Shown: positions 24,775 through 32,000 of the stretch, one piece after another | How the letters are laid out: the number at the start of each line of letters is the position of its first letter | How positions within the stretch are numbered: position 1 is the stretch's first letter | Assembly: GCF_000017305.1 (NCBI RefSeq) | Contig: NC_009664.2 | Location: 2,340,001 to 2,372,000 of the forward strand | DNA from: Kineococcus radiotolerans SRS30216 = ATCC BAA-149 | GTDB taxonomy: Bacteria > Actinomycetota > Actinomycetes > Actinomycetales > Kineococcaceae | Length of the DNA: 32,000 nucleotides | Reading direction: 5' to 3' | Made by a program: the position numbers and the translations under genes | The notes under the pieces: generated by a model | What the model saw: the letters and a program-made list of their open reading frames with translations, nothing else | The model's database searches: none | Told to the model about the DNA's origin: nothing

Positions 24775-24902
24775 GGCCCCCCATCGACGCTGCAGCCCCC
24801 GTCCTTGAGCGCCCGGCCACCTCGGGAGGGGGGTCCGAGAGCCGACCGCCCGCGTCGATCACACGGTCGCAGCAGTCAAGCCCGCCGCCGCGCACGTCGA
24901 TG

Positions 24903-24916
24903 CTTCAGTTCTGAAG
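24903..24916. promoter_or_regulatory. AT-richer palindrome CTTCAG-TT-CTGAAG in the MarR / GAF-MCP divergent region
   Basis: I read it directly. It lies 59 nt upstream of GTG 24975. Direct CGTCGAT repeats flank it. Confidence 0.3.
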
Positions 24917-24974
24917 GACACCGGCGGCGAGCCCACCGGGTGCTCCACGGCACACGGCAGGAACGGAGACGGGC

Positions 24975-26573
24975 GTGTTCGGACGCACCAGTGCGAGGTC
25001 GGCGGCCGCCGGTCGTTCCCGCGAGGTCGAGGAGGCGCGGGCCGACGTCGAGGCGGTCACCGAGGTCGTGCGCGCCCTCGACGGGGCCCGGACCCCGCAG
25101 GAGGCGGTGCGGGTCGCGCTGGACACCGTCCGCGAGCGCTTCGGGTGGGCCTACGGCTCCTACTGGCGCCTGCACCCGGGCACCGGGGCCGTAGCCCGCG
25201 GGCCGGCCGGCGGGCCCGTCCTGCGCTTCGAGCAGGAGAGCGGCGACGCCGGGGAGGACTTCCGCCGGGTCACCCTGGAGGCCTCCTTCGCCGAGGGCGT
25301 GGGGCTGTCGGGACGGGCCTGGCGCGAGCGCGACCTCGTCTTCGTCCCCGACCTGGCGCGGGTGACCGACTGCGTGCGCGCCCCCGTCGCCCAGCGCGCG
25401 GGCATCAGGTCCGGGATCTGCTTCCCCGTCCTCGACGCCGGCCGGGTCGTGGGGACGATGGACTTCTTCACCACCGAGCAGCTCTCCCCGTCCCCCGCGC
25501 GCCTCGCGGTCCTGCGCTCGGTCGGCACCCTGGTCTCCGCCGCCCTGGCCCGGCTGCACGAGGCCGTGCGCCAGGAGAAGGCCGCCCAGGACGTCGCGGC
25601 CGTCTCCACCGTCATCCGCGAGCTGACCAGCGCCACCGGCGAGGAGCAGGCCCTGCGGACCGCCCTGGACACCATCCGCCGCGACTTCGACTGGCAGTAC
25701 GGCTCCTTCTGGCGCCTGGACGACTCCGGTCCCGCCCGCGAGCACGCCCTGCGCTTCGAGCTGGAGTCCGGCGACGCCGGCGCGGAGTTCCGCCGGGTCA
25801 CCCTGGAGGCCTCCTTCGCCAGGGGCGTGGGTCTCTCCGGGCGCGCCTGGGCGAGCGAGGACCTGGTCTTCGTCGAGGACCTCGGGCAGGTGACCGACTG
25901 CGTGCGCGCTCCCGTCGCCCAGCGCGCGGGGGTGAAGTCGGGCGTCTGCCTGCCCATCCTCGTGGCCGGCCGCGTCGTGGGGACGATGGACTTCTTCGCC
26001 ACCCGCACGCTCGTCATGTCGACCAGCCGGGAGAGCGCGCTGCGCAACACCGCCTTCCTCATCGGCCAGGCCATGGAGCGCTTCGCCGCGGCCCGCCGCC
26101 TCGCCGACGCCGGGGGCGAGCTGCTCACCTCCATCGGGGAGGTGGAGCGCAACGTGGTGACCGCCACCGACGTCGCCTCCCGCGGGGAGCAGCTGACCGT
26201 GGAGGCCAACGCCGAGGTCGCCGCGCTCACCCGGGCCAGCGCGGAGATCAGCCAGGTCGTGCGCACCATCACCGCCATCGCCGCCCAGACCAAGCTGCTC
26301 GCCCTGAACGCCACCATCGAGGCCGCGCGCGCCGGCGAGGCCGGTCGCGGCTTCGCCATCGTCGCCGAGGAGGTCAAGGAGCTGTCGGGCGAGACCGAGC
26401 GCGCGACCACCGACGTGGGCGCCCAGGTCGCGACCATCCAGGCCCGCGTCGAAGCCGTCACCTCGTCCCTGGCCCAGATCCAGGGCTCGGTGGAGCAGAT
26501 CAACGAGACCCAGAGCCTCATCGGGCAGGTCCTCACCGAGCAGGTCGCCGTCACCCGCGGCATCCTCGGCTGA
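24975..26573 (+). CDS. Soluble chemoreceptor-like protein: tandem GAF-GAF fused to a short methyl-accepting chemotaxis protein (MCP) signalling domain
   Basis: No TM helices are evident. There are two about 175-aa GAF units. The C-terminal roughly 160 aa contain the MCP hairpin-tip consensus [44 protein letters not shown] lies upstream of GTG 24975. Confidence 0.85.
   Translation: MFGRTSARSAAAGRSREVEEARADVEAVTEVVRALDGARTPQEAVRVALDTVRERFGWAYGSYWRLHPGTGAVARGPAGGPVLRFEQESGDAGEDFRRVTLEASFAEGVGLSGRAWRERDLVFVPDLARVTDCVRAPVAQRAGIRSGICFPVLDAGRVVGTMDFFTTEQLSPSPARLAVLRSVGTLVSAALARLHEAVRQEKAAQDVAAVSTVIRELTSATGEEQALRTALDTIRRDFDWQYGSFWRLDDSGPAREHALRFELESGDAGAEFRRVTLEASFARGVGLSGRAWASEDLVFVEDLGQVTDCVRAPVAQRAGVKSGVCLPILVAGRVVGTMDFFATRTLVMSTSRESALRNTAFLIGQAMERFAAARRLADAGGELLTSIGEVERNVVTATDVASRGEQLTVEANAEVAALTRASAEISQVVRTITAIAAQTKLLALNATIEAARAGEAGRGFAIVAEEVKELSGETERATTDVGAQVATIQARVEAVTSSLAQIQGSVEQINETQSLIGQVLTEQVAVTRGILG
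25029..26093 (+). repeat. Intragenic tandem duplication of a GAF-encoding unit (25029-25565 and 25572-26093)
   Basis: Near-identical stretches sit at a 528-nt (176-codon) offset, for example TTCCGCCGGGTCACCCTGGAGGCCTCCTTCGCC at 25260 and 25788. GTGACCGACTGCGTGCGCGC.CCCGTCGCCCAGCGCGCGGG and GTCGTGGGGACGATGGACTTCTTC occur in both units. Confidence 0.85.
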
Positions 26574-26585
26574 GCACCGGGTGGA

Positions 26586-26635
26586 CCGGTCCCCGTCCCC
26601 GCCCGACCCCGTGGTCGCTGCGGGGACGGGACCGG
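26586..26635. terminator. Long GC-rich stem-loop (CCGGTCCCCGTCCCCGC ... GCGGGGACGGGACCGG, one bulge, 17-nt loop) between convergent genes
   Basis: I read it directly. It lies 13 nt after the stop at 26573. Confidence 0.4.
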
Positions 26636-26659
26636 CCGCACGTCCCCGCCCGGGCCGTC

Positions 26660-27187
26660 TCAGCGCGAGGCCAGGACCTTCTCCGCGAACGCGGCCGCGC
26701 GCTCGCGCAGCGCCGCCTCGCGCTCGGAGATGCTCAGGCCGGGGTCCGGCTTCAGCGTCGGCGTGGGGCGCAGGACCCGCACGTTGTCGGCGCAGGCCAG
26801 GTCGCTGCACACGTAGGTGCCGACGGTGTTGAGCTTGCGCCCGGCCTCCCCGGCCCGGGCGGCCACGAACAGCGACACCTCGCCGGGGGCGCGGGTCGTG
26901 CGGCACAGGTCGCACATCGCGGTGGTGCGGACGCCCTTGCCGGGGGTGGCGCGCAGCGCGAGGCCGACCACGGCCTCCCCGAGGGGGACGAGCATCCAGC
27001 CGCGCTCGGGCGACTTGGGGTCGCGCCAGCCCACGACCCCGTGGACGGGGTCGCTGCCGTGGACCCACTCGGGGACGCGCATCCGGTGCGCCTCGCCGCG
27101 CGAGCAGTTCGTCATGGTCGAGCGGATGGCGTCGTCGGTCACGTGACCGGGGTCGAGGGCCGAGCCGCTGGGCGTCCGTACCGACAC
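26660..27187 (-). CDS. FBP (FusB-like EF-G-binding protein) domain-containing protein
   Basis: The segment IRSTMTNCSRGEAHRMRVP is followed by a C-terminal treble-clef-like Cys set MCDLCRT...YVCSDLAC. The start is set at GTG 27187, preceded by AGGAGA. The track ORF extension to 31114 is an artefact. Confidence 0.75.
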   Translation of the reverse strand: MSVRTPSGSALDPGHVTDDAIRSTMTNCSRGEAHRMRVPEWVHGSDPVHGVVGWRDPKSPERGWMLVPLGEAVVGLALRATPGKGVRTTAMCDLCRTTRAPGEVSLFVAARAGEAGRKLNTVGTYVCSDLACADNVRVLRPTPTLKPDPGLSISEREAALRERAAAFAEKVLASR

Positions 27188-27231
27188 GTCGTCTCCTGGG
27201 AGGGGGGTGGGCCTCCGCGAGGGTACGCCCG

Positions 27232-29979
27232 TCAGCTCGCCGTCTCGAACTCGCAGGTCGCGTCGAAGACCTCCTGGCAGCCGCGCACGGCGTCCTCCAG
27301 GCGGGCGGCGGGGACGGGCCGGGAGAAGTAGAACCCCTGGACGGTGTCGCAGCCGGTGGCGCGCAGCGCGTGCACCTGCTCGGCCTGCTCCACGCCCTCG
27401 GCCACGACCCCGAGCCCGAAGCTGCGCGCGGCGCCCACGACGAGGCGGACCAGCTCCACGGTGCGGGGGTCGTCGGAGTCCACGAAGCTCTTGTCGATCT
27501 TCAGGACGTCGACGGGGACCCGGGCCAGCTGCCCGAAGGACGTGTAGCCGGTGCCGAAGTCGTCGATGGCGATCCGCACGCCGATGGCGCGCAGCTCCCC
27601 CAGCCGCGACCAGGCGGCGCGGTCCTCGACCATGACGGTCTCGGTGATCTCCAGGGTGAGCCGCTCCGGACTCGTCCCGGTGGCGGCGAGGGCGTCGCGG
27701 ACGTCGTCGACCAGGCGCGGGGAGCGCAGGTGGCGGCCGGAGACGTTGACCGCGACCCGCAGCCCGGCGCAGTCCCCGCCGGCGGCGTCGAAGGCGCGCA
27801 GCTGGGCCAGGGACGTGCGCAGCGCCCACCGGCCGAGGTCGCAGATGAGGTCGGAGCTCTCCGCGACGGGGATGAACCGCCCGGGCGGGACGAGCCCCTC
27901 GCCGGGCTTCTCCCAGCGCACGAGGGCCTCCACGCTGCGGACGCGGCCCGTGTCGAGGTCGGTGACCGGCTGGTAGTGCAGGACGAGCTCGTCGGCGACG
28001 AGGGCGTGGCGCAGGCCCTCCTCCACGGCGGCCTGGGCGGCCAGCGCGTGGCGCAGCTCGTCGTCGTAGACCTCCACGCGCCCGCGGCCGGCGGCCTTGG
28101 CCCGGTAGGCGGCGGTGTGCGCCTCCTGCAGCAGCCGGTCGGCGTCGACGGAGCCGTCGGGGGAGCCGGGGTCGTGGCGGCTGACGGCGACGCCGACGCT
28201 CGCGCCGACGCTGGCGGTCGTCTCGGTGGAGCCGGCCAGCGCGATGGGGGCCGACACGGCGTCGATGAGGGCCTGGCCGAGGTCGAGCAGGCCCTTCTCG
28301 TCCTGGACCGGCTCGACGACGACGAGGAACTCGTCCCCGCCGAGGCGGGCCACGACGTCCACGGCGCGCACGCGCTCGCGCAGCCGTTCGGCGACGGTGC
28401 GCAGGACGGCGTCGCCGGCCCCGTGCCCGAGGGAGTCGTTGACGGTCTTGAACTGGTCGAGGTCGACGAACAGCAGCCCGACCCGGTCGCCGGTGCGCCG
28501 GGTCCGGCGCAGGGCGCGGTCGGTCTGGGCGAGGGCCTCGGCCCGGTTGGGCAGGGTCGTCAGCGCGTCGTGGGTGGCCTGGTGGGCCAGGTCCTCCTGC
28601 AGCCGCTCGCGCTCGTGCATGGCGCCGATGATCTGGCGCACCGAGGCGTGCACGACGCGGCCCAGCGGACCGCCGACGGGGCGGCGCAGGATCTCGTCGT
28701 CGAGGTCGCCGTCGGCGACGGCCTGGGCCTGGGCCTGCACCGAGCGCAGGCTGACGACGGCCGCCCCGAGGCCGCGGGCGACGGTGCGCGCCTCCGGCGG
28801 GCCCTCGACGTGGACCTCGACGAGCTCGCCGAGGCTGATCGAGCGCGCGGCGGCGGCCAGGCGCGCCAGCGGCCCGGCGATGGAGCGGCTGGTGTAGAGG
28901 GTGCCGCCCACGGACAGCGCGAGCAGGACGGCGGTGACGGCGGAGTAGTTCAGCAGCTCCCGCTGGGCCTGGGCCCGGTAGGTCTCGGCCGCCTCGACGG
29001 CCGCGCCGGCGGCGGCGTCGAGGACGGCGCGCAGGGCGTCGTCGCGGCCGACGACGGCGGTGCTGAGGGAGAGGAGGACCGCGGAGTCGGGGACGCCGCC
29101 GGCGGGGGTGGCGACGGCGTCGGCGAGGGTCTGGTCGACCGTGCGGGAGTCGGGGTGGGCCAGCGCGGCGGTCCAGCCGGAGCGGACGGCGGCCCCGCTG
29201 GCGGTGAGGACGTCGCCGGAGGCGAGCCGGAACCCCGCCCAGCTGCCCAGGAAGGACTGGCGGGCGGGACCCTCGCCGCCGGCGGGGGCGGCGACGAGAC
29301 CGAGGTAGTAGGGGATCTCCTCCCCGGCGAGGGTGGTGGCGCGGGCGGTGCGCCGCAGGTCGTCCACGGCGTCCTGCAGCTGCCCGTCGGCGACCTCGTC
29401 GGCGGCGACGGTGAGGTGCGCGTCGACGGCGGCGCTGAGCTCCTCGACGAGGTAGCGGTACTTGTCGAAGAGCTGCCGGTTGCTGGTGGTGCGCTGGCTG
29501 GGGGTCTCCCCGGCGCCCCGGGAGGCGCGGACGGTGGCGAGGCGGGCCGCGGTCCCCTCGACGGCGGGACGGGCGAGGGGGTCGGTGCCGGCGTCGGCGG
29601 CGGTCGCGTCGGTGCGGCTCATCGCCTCCTCGTAGAGGGAGTGCAGGTCGACGGCGAGGTCCTCGCGCTCGCGGGTGGTGCCCGCGGCGGTGCTCAGCTC
29701 GAGCAGCTCCACGCTGGAGACCAGCGGGATGGCCTCCTCGGCGATGCGGGCGCGCAGGGCGTCGAGGGCGATGGCGGCGTGGACCTCGCGGACGGCGTGC
29801 TCGGCGGCCTGCACCCGCTGGATGCGGTGGGTCACGAGGATGGAGGCGAAGGCGGAGAACCCGATCAAGGGGACGAGGACGAGCACGAGGAGCCTGGTGC
29901 GCAGGCTGATCGTGCGCCGTTCGCGCTGCTCGGGGAGGTCGGCCACCTGACAGGGATCGACCGCCGGGGGCCGGGGCAT
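27232..29979 (-). CDS. Membrane sensor diguanylate cyclase/phosphodiesterase: TM - about 300-aa helical extracytoplasmic domain - TM - HAMP - GGDEF - EAL
   Basis: The TM helices are LLVLVLVPLIGFSAFASILV and AVTAVLLALSVGGTLY. The HAMP segment is SRSIAGPLARLAAAARSISLGEL. The GGDEF is intact, with the RxxD I-site (RAVDVVARLGGDEF). EAL motifs are EALVRW, DDFGTGYTS, KIDKSF, EGVE and QGFYFSRP. Confidence 0.9.
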   Translation of the reverse strand: MPRPPAVDPCQVADLPEQRERRTISLRTRLLVLVLVPLIGFSAFASILVTHRIQRVQAAEHAVREVHAAIALDALRARIAEEAIPLVSSVELLELSTAAGTTREREDLAVDLHSLYEEAMSRTDATAADAGTDPLARPAVEGTAARLATVRASRGAGETPSQRTTSNRQLFDKYRYLVEELSAAVDAHLTVAADEVADGQLQDAVDDLRRTARATTLAGEEIPYYLGLVAAPAGGEGPARQSFLGSWAGFRLASGDVLTASGAAVRSGWTAALAHPDSRTVDQTLADAVATPAGGVPDSAVLLSLSTAVVGRDDALRAVLDAAAGAAVEAAETYRAQAQRELLNYSAVTAVLLALSVGGTLYTSRSIAGPLARLAAAARSISLGELVEVHVEGPPEARTVARGLGAAVVSLRSVQAQAQAVADGDLDDEILRRPVGGPLGRVVHASVRQIIGAMHERERLQEDLAHQATHDALTTLPNRAEALAQTDRALRRTRRTGDRVGLLFVDLDQFKTVNDSLGHGAGDAVLRTVAERLRERVRAVDVVARLGGDEFLVVVEPVQDEKGLLDLGQALIDAVSAPIALAGSTETTASVGASVGVAVSRHDPGSPDGSVDADRLLQEAHTAAYRAKAAGRGRVEVYDDELRHALAAQAAVEEGLRHALVADELVLHYQPVTDLDTGRVRSVEALVRWEKPGEGLVPPGRFIPVAESSDLICDLGRWALRTSLAQLRAFDAAGGDCAGLRVAVNVSGRHLRSPRLVDDVRDALAATGTSPERLTLEITETVMVEDRAAWSRLGELRAIGVRIAIDDFGTGYTSFGQLARVPVDVLKIDKSFVDSDDPRTVELVRLVVGAARSFGLGVVAEGVEQAEQVHALRATGCDTVQGFYFSRPVPAARLEDAVRGCQEVFDATCEFETAS

Positions 29980-30055
29980 GAGCGCGCGGCGCCGCGGGCC
30001 ACCCGCGGTCCCCCGTTCGGCGCAGTCCCGCCCGACCGCGCGGCGGGGCGGGGCG

Positions 30056-30073
30056 GGACCCCGCGCGGGGTCC
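30056..30073. promoter_or_regulatory. 18-bp perfect palindrome GGACCCCGC|GCGGGGTCC in the divergent GGDEF-EAL intergenic region
   Basis: I read it directly. It lies 77 nt from ATG 29979 and 101 nt from GTG 30174. Confidence 0.25.
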
Positions 30074-30173
30074 TCCGGGGGGTTTGTGCCGGGGCCCGGG
30101 GCGCGCCAGACTCATCGAGCGACCGGATCGCCTCAGAAGGTCCGGTGATGAGCCGCGGCGGGGGAGGTGAGCC

Positions 30174-31877
30174 GTGCACGAGCCACCGGCGGGGGTGGAC
30201 CTCGCCCGGGCGGTCCTGTCCGCCGCGGTGGGGCTGGTGGTGACCGACCTGCGGGGGCGGGTGCTGGGCGTCGACGAGGCCTTCGCGGGGCTGCTGCGCC
30301 GCCCGTCCGGCGAGGTCCTCGGGCGCGGGCTGGCCGAGGTGCTGTCCTCGGCCGAGGGCGCCCACGACGTCGAGGGCACGGTCGCGCGGCTGCTCGACGG
30401 GGACCCCGCCGTGACCGGCGAGGTCCCGGTGCTGCGGGGCGACGGGGTCGTCTTCCGCGCCCGGACCCTCTCCTCGCTGGCCACCACGTCCGGGGGGGAC
30501 GCGGTGGTGGTGCTGCACCTGCTGGACGCGCACCGCGAGCGGCCGCGCGCGCCCGGCGACCACGACCCCCTGACCCGCCTGCCCGGCCGCGCCGCGGCGG
30601 TCACCGACCTCACCGCCCGGCTGCGCGCCGGGACCGGGCTGGTCGGCGTCCTGACCTGCGACCTCGACCGCTTCCGCGTCGTCAACGAGAGCCTGGGGCA
30701 CGCCGTGGGCGACGAGGTCCTGCTCACCGTCGCCCGCCGCCTGCTGGCCGGGGTGCGCGGCGGGGACGTGGTGGCGCGCCTGGGCGACGACGAGTTCGCG
30801 GTGGTGCTCGCCGGGCTCGCCGACGCCGGGGAGGCCGTCGACGTGGCGCACCGGCTCACCCGCGCCCTCGCCGCGCCCCTGGAGGTCCCCGGCCCCGCGG
30901 GGCCGCAGGAGATCCGCTGCGCGGTGAGCACCGGGCTGGCCGTGGTCGACCTGGCGGCGCCCCTGCAGGGGGCCGGGCCCGGCGCGCCGGAGCTGGACGC
31001 GGCCACCCTGCTGCGCGACGCGAACACCGCCCTGGACGCGGCGAAGGCCGCGGGCGGCGGCTGCTGCCGGGTCTTCACCGACGCCATGCGCCGCCGCGCC
31101 GTCCGCCGCCTCACCGTCGAGAACGACCTGCGCCGCGCCCTGGAGCGCGGGGAGCTGCGGGTCCACTACCAGCCCGTGGTGCGGCTCGCGGACCGGCGGC
31201 GGACCGGGTTCGAGGCGCTGGTGCGGTGGGAGCACCCCGAGCGCGGGCTGCTGCTGCCCGAGGAGTTCCTCGACGTGGCCGAGGAGTGCGGCCTGGTGAC
31301 GGCCGTCGACGCCGCCGTCCTGGAGGAGGTGCTGGGCTTCCTCGCCCGCCACCCCGAGGGGCGGGTGTCGGTGAACACCTCCGCCCGCCGCCTGGACGGG
31401 ACGTTCGCGCCGGCCGTGGCCCACGGGCTGGCCCGGCACGGGCTCCCCCCGCAGCGCCTGGCCGTCGAGCTGCTCGAGACGTCCCTGGTCCCCGGCGACG
31501 CCGTCACCGAGCGCGAGCTGCACGACCTGGCCGACCTCGGCGTCGAGGTCCTCCTCGACGACTTCGGCACGGGCTACTCGGCGCTGTCCGACCTGCGCCG
31601 GCTGCCGGTGGGCGGGTTGAAGCTGGACCGCTCCTTCGTCGGCGACCTGCCCGCCGACGCGACCTCCGACCGCATCGCGGCCGCCGTGGTGGGCCTCGCC
31701 GTCGGCTTCGGGCTGTCCTCCACCTGCGAGGGCGTGGAGACCGCGGCCCAGGCCGCCCACCTGGCCGCGCAGGGGTGGCGCTCCGCCCAGGGCTCCCTCT
31801 TCGGGGCCCCCGCCCCCGAGGAGCACTGGTTCCCCAGCCCGGCGGTCCCCGCCGACGGGGTCCGGGCCTCGGCCTGA
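30174..31877 (+). CDS. Cytoplasmic PAS - degenerate GGDEF (GDDEF) - EAL protein, probably a c-di-GMP phosphodiesterase
   Basis: The PAS-like segment is VVTDLRGRVLGVDEAFAGLLRRPSGEVLGRGLAEVL. The GGDEF site reads RGGDVVARLGDDEF (RxxD retained, second Gly replaced by Asp). EAL motifs are EALVRWEHP, DDFGTGYSA, KLDRSF, EGVE and QGSLFGAP. SD GGAGGTGA lies before GTG 30174. Confidence 0.9.
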   Translation: MHEPPAGVDLARAVLSAAVGLVVTDLRGRVLGVDEAFAGLLRRPSGEVLGRGLAEVLSSAEGAHDVEGTVARLLDGDPAVTGEVPVLRGDGVVFRARTLSSLATTSGGDAVVVLHLLDAHRERPRAPGDHDPLTRLPGRAAAVTDLTARLRAGTGLVGVLTCDLDRFRVVNESLGHAVGDEVLLTVARRLLAGVRGGDVVARLGDDEFAVVLAGLADAGEAVDVAHRLTRALAAPLEVPGPAGPQEIRCAVSTGLAVVDLAAPLQGAGPGAPELDAATLLRDANTALDAAKAAGGGCCRVFTDAMRRRAVRRLTVENDLRRALERGELRVHYQPVVRLADRRRTGFEALVRWEHPERGLLLPEEFLDVAEECGLVTAVDAAVLEEVLGFLARHPEGRVSVNTSARRLDGTFAPAVAHGLARHGLPPQRLAVELLETSLVPGDAVTERELHDLADLGVEVLLDDFGTGYSALSDLRRLPVGGLKLDRSFVGDLPADATSDRIAAAVVGLAVGFGLSSTCEGVETAAQAAHLAAQGWRSAQGSLFGAPAPEEHWFPSPAVPADGVRASA

Positions 31878-31893
31878 CCCGCGCCGGCCGCGG

Positions 31894-32000
31894 TCAGCGG
31901 CCCGCGGAGCGCCGGCGCCCCTCCCGCGACCCGGCGTACCCGGGTTCGCGCACCCGCTGCCACCACGGCGGGATCGCCAGCCCGGGGACGGCGTGCAGGA
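31894..32000 (-). CDS. Possible 3' end of an unidentified convergent gene (...LHAVPGLAIPPWWQRVREPGYAGSREGRRRSAGR*)
   Basis: The minus-strand frame is open to the window edge and ends at TGA (31896-31894). It is only 35 codons long, with no homology judgement possible. Confidence 0.2.
   Translation of the reverse strand, partial: LHAVPGLAIPPWWQRVREPGYAGSREGRRRSAGR

Noticed and set aside
27188-31114. Upstream 1300 codons of the 1484-aa minus-strand ORF 26660-31114
   Set aside because: Only the last 175 codons (the FBP protein, with an SD before GTG 27187) look real. The remainder runs out of frame through the GGDEF-EAL gene and antisense to the next gene, and it is Arg/Pro-rich.
31574-31966. 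130-aa minus-strand ORF overlapping the 3' end of the PAS-GDDEF-EAL gene
   Set aside because: It runs antisense to a well-supported gene and has a low-complexity composition. A different minus frame (31894 to the window edge) is the more plausible convergent gene, and even that has low confidence.

Overview
This is a very high-GC segment (about 70-75% by eye), with gene content and codon bias (GC3 near 100%) typical of an Actinomycetota chromosome. The genus cannot be verified from here. I count about 36 tightly packed protein genes plus one tRNA-Gly(GCC). I saw no transposase, integrase, phage structural gene, CRISPR array or rRNA. Left to right, the content is: the 3' end of a CCA-adding enzyme gene; a GAF-ANTAR regulator; a PilZ c-di-GMP receptor; a ChaB/Rho_N protein; an MFS exporter with a divergent TetR; an ABC exporter with a divergent MarR; a PAS-GAF-PP2C phosphatase followed by a tiny acidic ORF; a PucR regulator with split proline catabolism genes (proline dehydrogenase and pruA); a holin-X-like/DUF3618 membrane pair; an LLM oxidoreductase; a second PAS-GAF-PP2C phosphatase; a second GAF-ANTAR; an HExxH mini-protein abutting tRNA-Gly; a six-gene Asp23/DUF2273/DUF6286/AmaP operon divergent from an ECF sigma / Asp23-like / MpaB operon; a MarR; a soluble GAF-GAF-minimal-MCP; an FBP (EF-G-binding-like) protein; and two divergent GGDEF-EAL genes. 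The most system-like and least understood unit is the Asp23/ECF-sigma locus (19547-24223). Nearly every junction there is a 4-nt GTGA start/stop overlap, and an Asp23-like protein sits where an anti-sigma factor would be expected. Other signals worth a look are a recurrent TANNNT-N6-start-codon (leaderless) architecture at six genes, a recently duplicated tandem GAF pair fused to an unusually short MCP signalling domain, a 13-bp x3 repeat that places a stop in all three minus-strand frames, and several perfect palindromes in divergent promoter regions. None of this is demonstrably a new system from sequence alone. Many very long ORFs in the track (up to 1484 aa) are alternate-frame artefacts of stop-codon-poor high-GC DNA.
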